DNA of 28,460 nucleotides from Thiobacillaceae bacterium (GTDB lineage: Bacteria; Pseudomonadota; Gammaproteobacteria; Burkholderiales; Thiobacillaceae). Position numbers and translations under genes: made by a program. Within the stretch, counting starts at the first letter, position 1; every line of letters begins with the position of its first letter. The notes beneath the pieces were generated by a model that saw only the letters and a list, made by a program, of their open reading frames with translations, did no database searches and was not told the DNA's origin. This document shows, piece by piece, positions 26,417 to 28,460 of this stretch. The DNA lies in assembly GCA_046703865.1 (NCBI GenBank), contig JBJKSP010000051.1, positions 1-28,460 on the forward strand. Reading direction: 5' to 3'.

Positions 26417-27817
26417 ATGGGGAAACCCGTCTCGACCGCCGGCGAGCTCCTGCACCTTGCCTGGCCGGTCTTCATTGCCCTGAGGGCCATCATGGGCAAC
26501 GCCTTCATCGACACCGTGATGGCGGGCAGGCTGTCCGCCATCGACCTGGCCTGTATCGGCATCGCCGCCTCGATCCAGGTGACGGTGCTCATGTCGGTGA
26601 TGGGCGTCCTGCTCGCCCTGCCGCCCCTCATTGCCCACCTTTACGGGTCGGGCCGTAGCGCCGATATCGGCCGGGAAATCCATCAAAGCATCTGGGTGTC
26701 CCTGGCGCTCGCCCCCGTTGCCATCGTGCTGCTCCGGCATCCGGGGCCGCTCATCGCGATTTCAAACTTGCAGCCCGCGCTGGAAGTCAAGGTGCGTGCC
26801 TACTTGAGCGCCTCAGCCTGGGGGGTGCCCGCCCTGTTCGCCTTCCGCCTGTTCTTCGGACTCTCCATGGGCATCGGCCGGCCGCGTCCGGTAATGCTGT
26901 TCAACCTCGTGGCCCTCGGGCTGAAGCTGCCGCTCAACGCGGTCTTCATGTACGGCCTGCTGGGTGCACCAGCCCTGGGTGCGCCCGGCTGCGCAGTGGC
27001 CACCGCCATCGATGCCTGGTTGCTGGCCGCTCTGGTCTGGGGCTGGTGCCTGCCCCATGCGGATTACGCGCGGTTTCGGCTGCGGACGCGCCTTGCCGCC
27101 CCGGACCGCGCGGCCATCGCAGCCTTCCTGCGCCTGGGCGCACCCATCGGCCTGACCTTTTTCGCCGACGTGACTGCCTTCACCTTCATGGCGCTGTTCG
27201 TCGCGCGGCTGGGTCCCGTGGTGTCTGCGGCGCACCAGATTGCGGCAAACCTGGCGGTGCTCGCTTACATGTTTCCGCTGTCATTGGGCACCGCGACCTC
27301 GGTCCTGGCCGGCCAGGCACTGGGCGCGGGCGAGGCCCATCGGGCGCGGCACATCTGTTGGCAGGCCGTCCGCCTGGGACTCGTCATGGCCTCGGTCGTC
27401 AGCCTGGTCCTCTGGACCGGCGCCCACAGGATCGCCGCCCTCTACACGCCCGACCTCCGGGTACAGGCCATCACCGTGCACCTCATCGTGCTGGTGGGCT
27501 TCTATCACCTGGCAGACGCCCTGCAGGCGGTCGCCGTCAATGCCTTGCGCGGGTACAAGAAGACCTCGGTGCCGATGGTGATCTACACCACGTCGCTGTG
27601 GGGGGTGGGTCTGGGAGGTGGAGTGGTGCTGGGGTTGACGAACGTGCTGGGACCCGCACGGGGCGTGGCCGGATTCTGGGCGGCGGCGGTCGCGAGCCTC
27701 GGCTTGGTGGCGGTGTTGGTCGGCCTTTACCTGAACGGGGTCAGTCGCGTGAAGTCGCCACCGAACGGATCGCCAAGCTTGATAGGCATCCAAGAGGGTG
27801 GCGAACGGCAGTTCTGA
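26417..27817 (+). CDS. MATE family efflux transporter (NorM-like)
   Basis: IDTVMAGRL, LRLGAPIG, AAHQIA, and DALQAVAVNALRGYKKT; about 12 TM segments. Confidence 0.92.
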   Translation: MGKPVSTAGELLHLAWPVFIALRAIMGNAFIDTVMAGRLSAIDLACIGIAASIQVTVLMSVMGVLLALPPLIAHLYGSGRSADIGREIHQSIWVSLALAPVAIVLLRHPGPLIAISNLQPALEVKVRAYLSASAWGVPALFAFRLFFGLSMGIGRPRPVMLFNLVALGLKLPLNAVFMYGLLGAPALGAPGCAVATAIDAWLLAALVWGWCLPHADYARFRLRTRLAAPDRAAIAAFLRLGAPIGLTFFADVTAFTFMALFVARLGPVVSAAHQIAANLAVLAYMFPLSLGTATSVLAGQALGAGEAHRARHICWQAVRLGLVMASVVSLVLWTGAHRIAALYTPDLRVQAITVHLIVLVGFYHLADALQAVAVNALRGYKKTSVPMVIYTTSLWGVGLGGGVVLGLTNVLGPARGVAGFWAAAVASLGLVAVLVGLYLNGVSRVKSPPNGSPSLIGIQEGGERQF

Positions 27818-28035
27818 GACCGCGACAGCTCGTCCCACTACACTGCCCCCTCGCCCGACCGGGCGAGATGTGGGCCGAAGTGGTGGTCCCACGCCGGTGC
27901 TGGGAATGGATTTGGCTGGCCGGTATCCCGTGACCGGGTCCGCACGCGACAGAAACGTGCCGAATGATGATGCGTTTTTCGCGGTCGCCGCTATCCTTGA
28001 CGCATCACACCATATCCAGATTGAGCGTACCCAAG

Positions 28036-28460
28036 ATGCAGGTCGACCCTTCCAGCCATGCCCATGCCCAGGCCGACAATTACAAGCTTCTGACCAACCT
28101 GATCGTGCCACGCCCCATCGCCTGGGTCACCAGCCTTAACAAGAACGGGGTGGTCAATCTTGCGCCATTCAGCTTCTTCAACGCCATCGGCGCCAACCCA
28201 CTCTATCTCATCATCAGCATCGGCACGAACGACGCGGGTGCACCCAAGGACACGGCGCGGAACATCCAGGAGCGGGGTGAGTTCGTGGTGAATCTGGTCA
28301 CGGAAGAGCTGTTCGAGGCCATGAACATCTCGGCCGCGGACTTCCCCCCGGACGAAAGCGAACTGGAGGCCGCCCATCTGCACACCGCACCCTCGGTCAA
28401 GGTCAGCGTGCCCCGTGTCGCGGAAGCCCAGGTCAGCCTGGAGTGCAGGCTGTTCCGTAC
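28036..28460 (+). CDS. Flavin reductase family (DIM6/NTAB) protein, runs off the window end
   Basis: Manual translation from ATG 28036: NYKLLTNLIVPRPIAWVTS...NLAPFSFFN...KDTARNI..RGEFVVN...LECRL. Confidence 0.92.
   Translation, partial: MQVDPSSHAHAQADNYKLLTNLIVPRPIAWVTSLNKNGVVNLAPFSFFNAIGANPLYLIISIGTNDAGAPKDTARNIQERGEFVVNLVTEELFEAMNISAADFPPDESELEAAHLHTAPSVKVSVPRVAEAQVSLECRLFR

Noticed and set aside
28056-28070. CCATGC duplication near the flavin reductase start
   Set aside because: A 6-nt in-frame duplication in a variable N-terminus with no evident consequence.
1-28460. CRISPR array, rRNA, tRNA, integrase or prophage genes
   Set aside because: No regularly spaced repeats with unique spacers and no such coding motifs were seen.

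Overview
GC-rich bacterial chromosomal window; the alaC-hom-thrC arrangement suggests a betaproteobacterium (inference). The left end holds a core housekeeping block: partial thrC, hom and alaC on the minus strand, a divergent Mth938-like gene, a glycine-zipper protein and a BON lipoprotein. The rest is a patchwork accessory region. It contains two c-di-GMP genes (Cache-PAS-GGDEF-EAL and PAS-GGDEF), EcsC, a broken serine hydrolase, and a cassette of a GT4 glycosyltransferase-coiled coil-UbiA prenyltransferase fusion, a SAM methyltransferase and a convergent sulfotransferase. After these come an IS5 transposase scar, VanZ, PDZ, GFA and bPH_2 proteins, cyanase (cynS), a GT39/ArnT-like gene with an in-frame TAA, a lipoprotein cytochrome c, a cupin remnant, a MATE transporter and a partial flavin reductase-family gene. 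The best novelty candidates are the GT-UbiA fusion cassette and a promoter-flanked ~60-nt sRNA candidate with an anti-SD seed. ThrC has Thr in place of its PLP-binding Lys. Several point lesions could be assembly errors. No rRNA, tRNA or CRISPR array was seen. All family calls come from motif recognition by eye; no database search was run.
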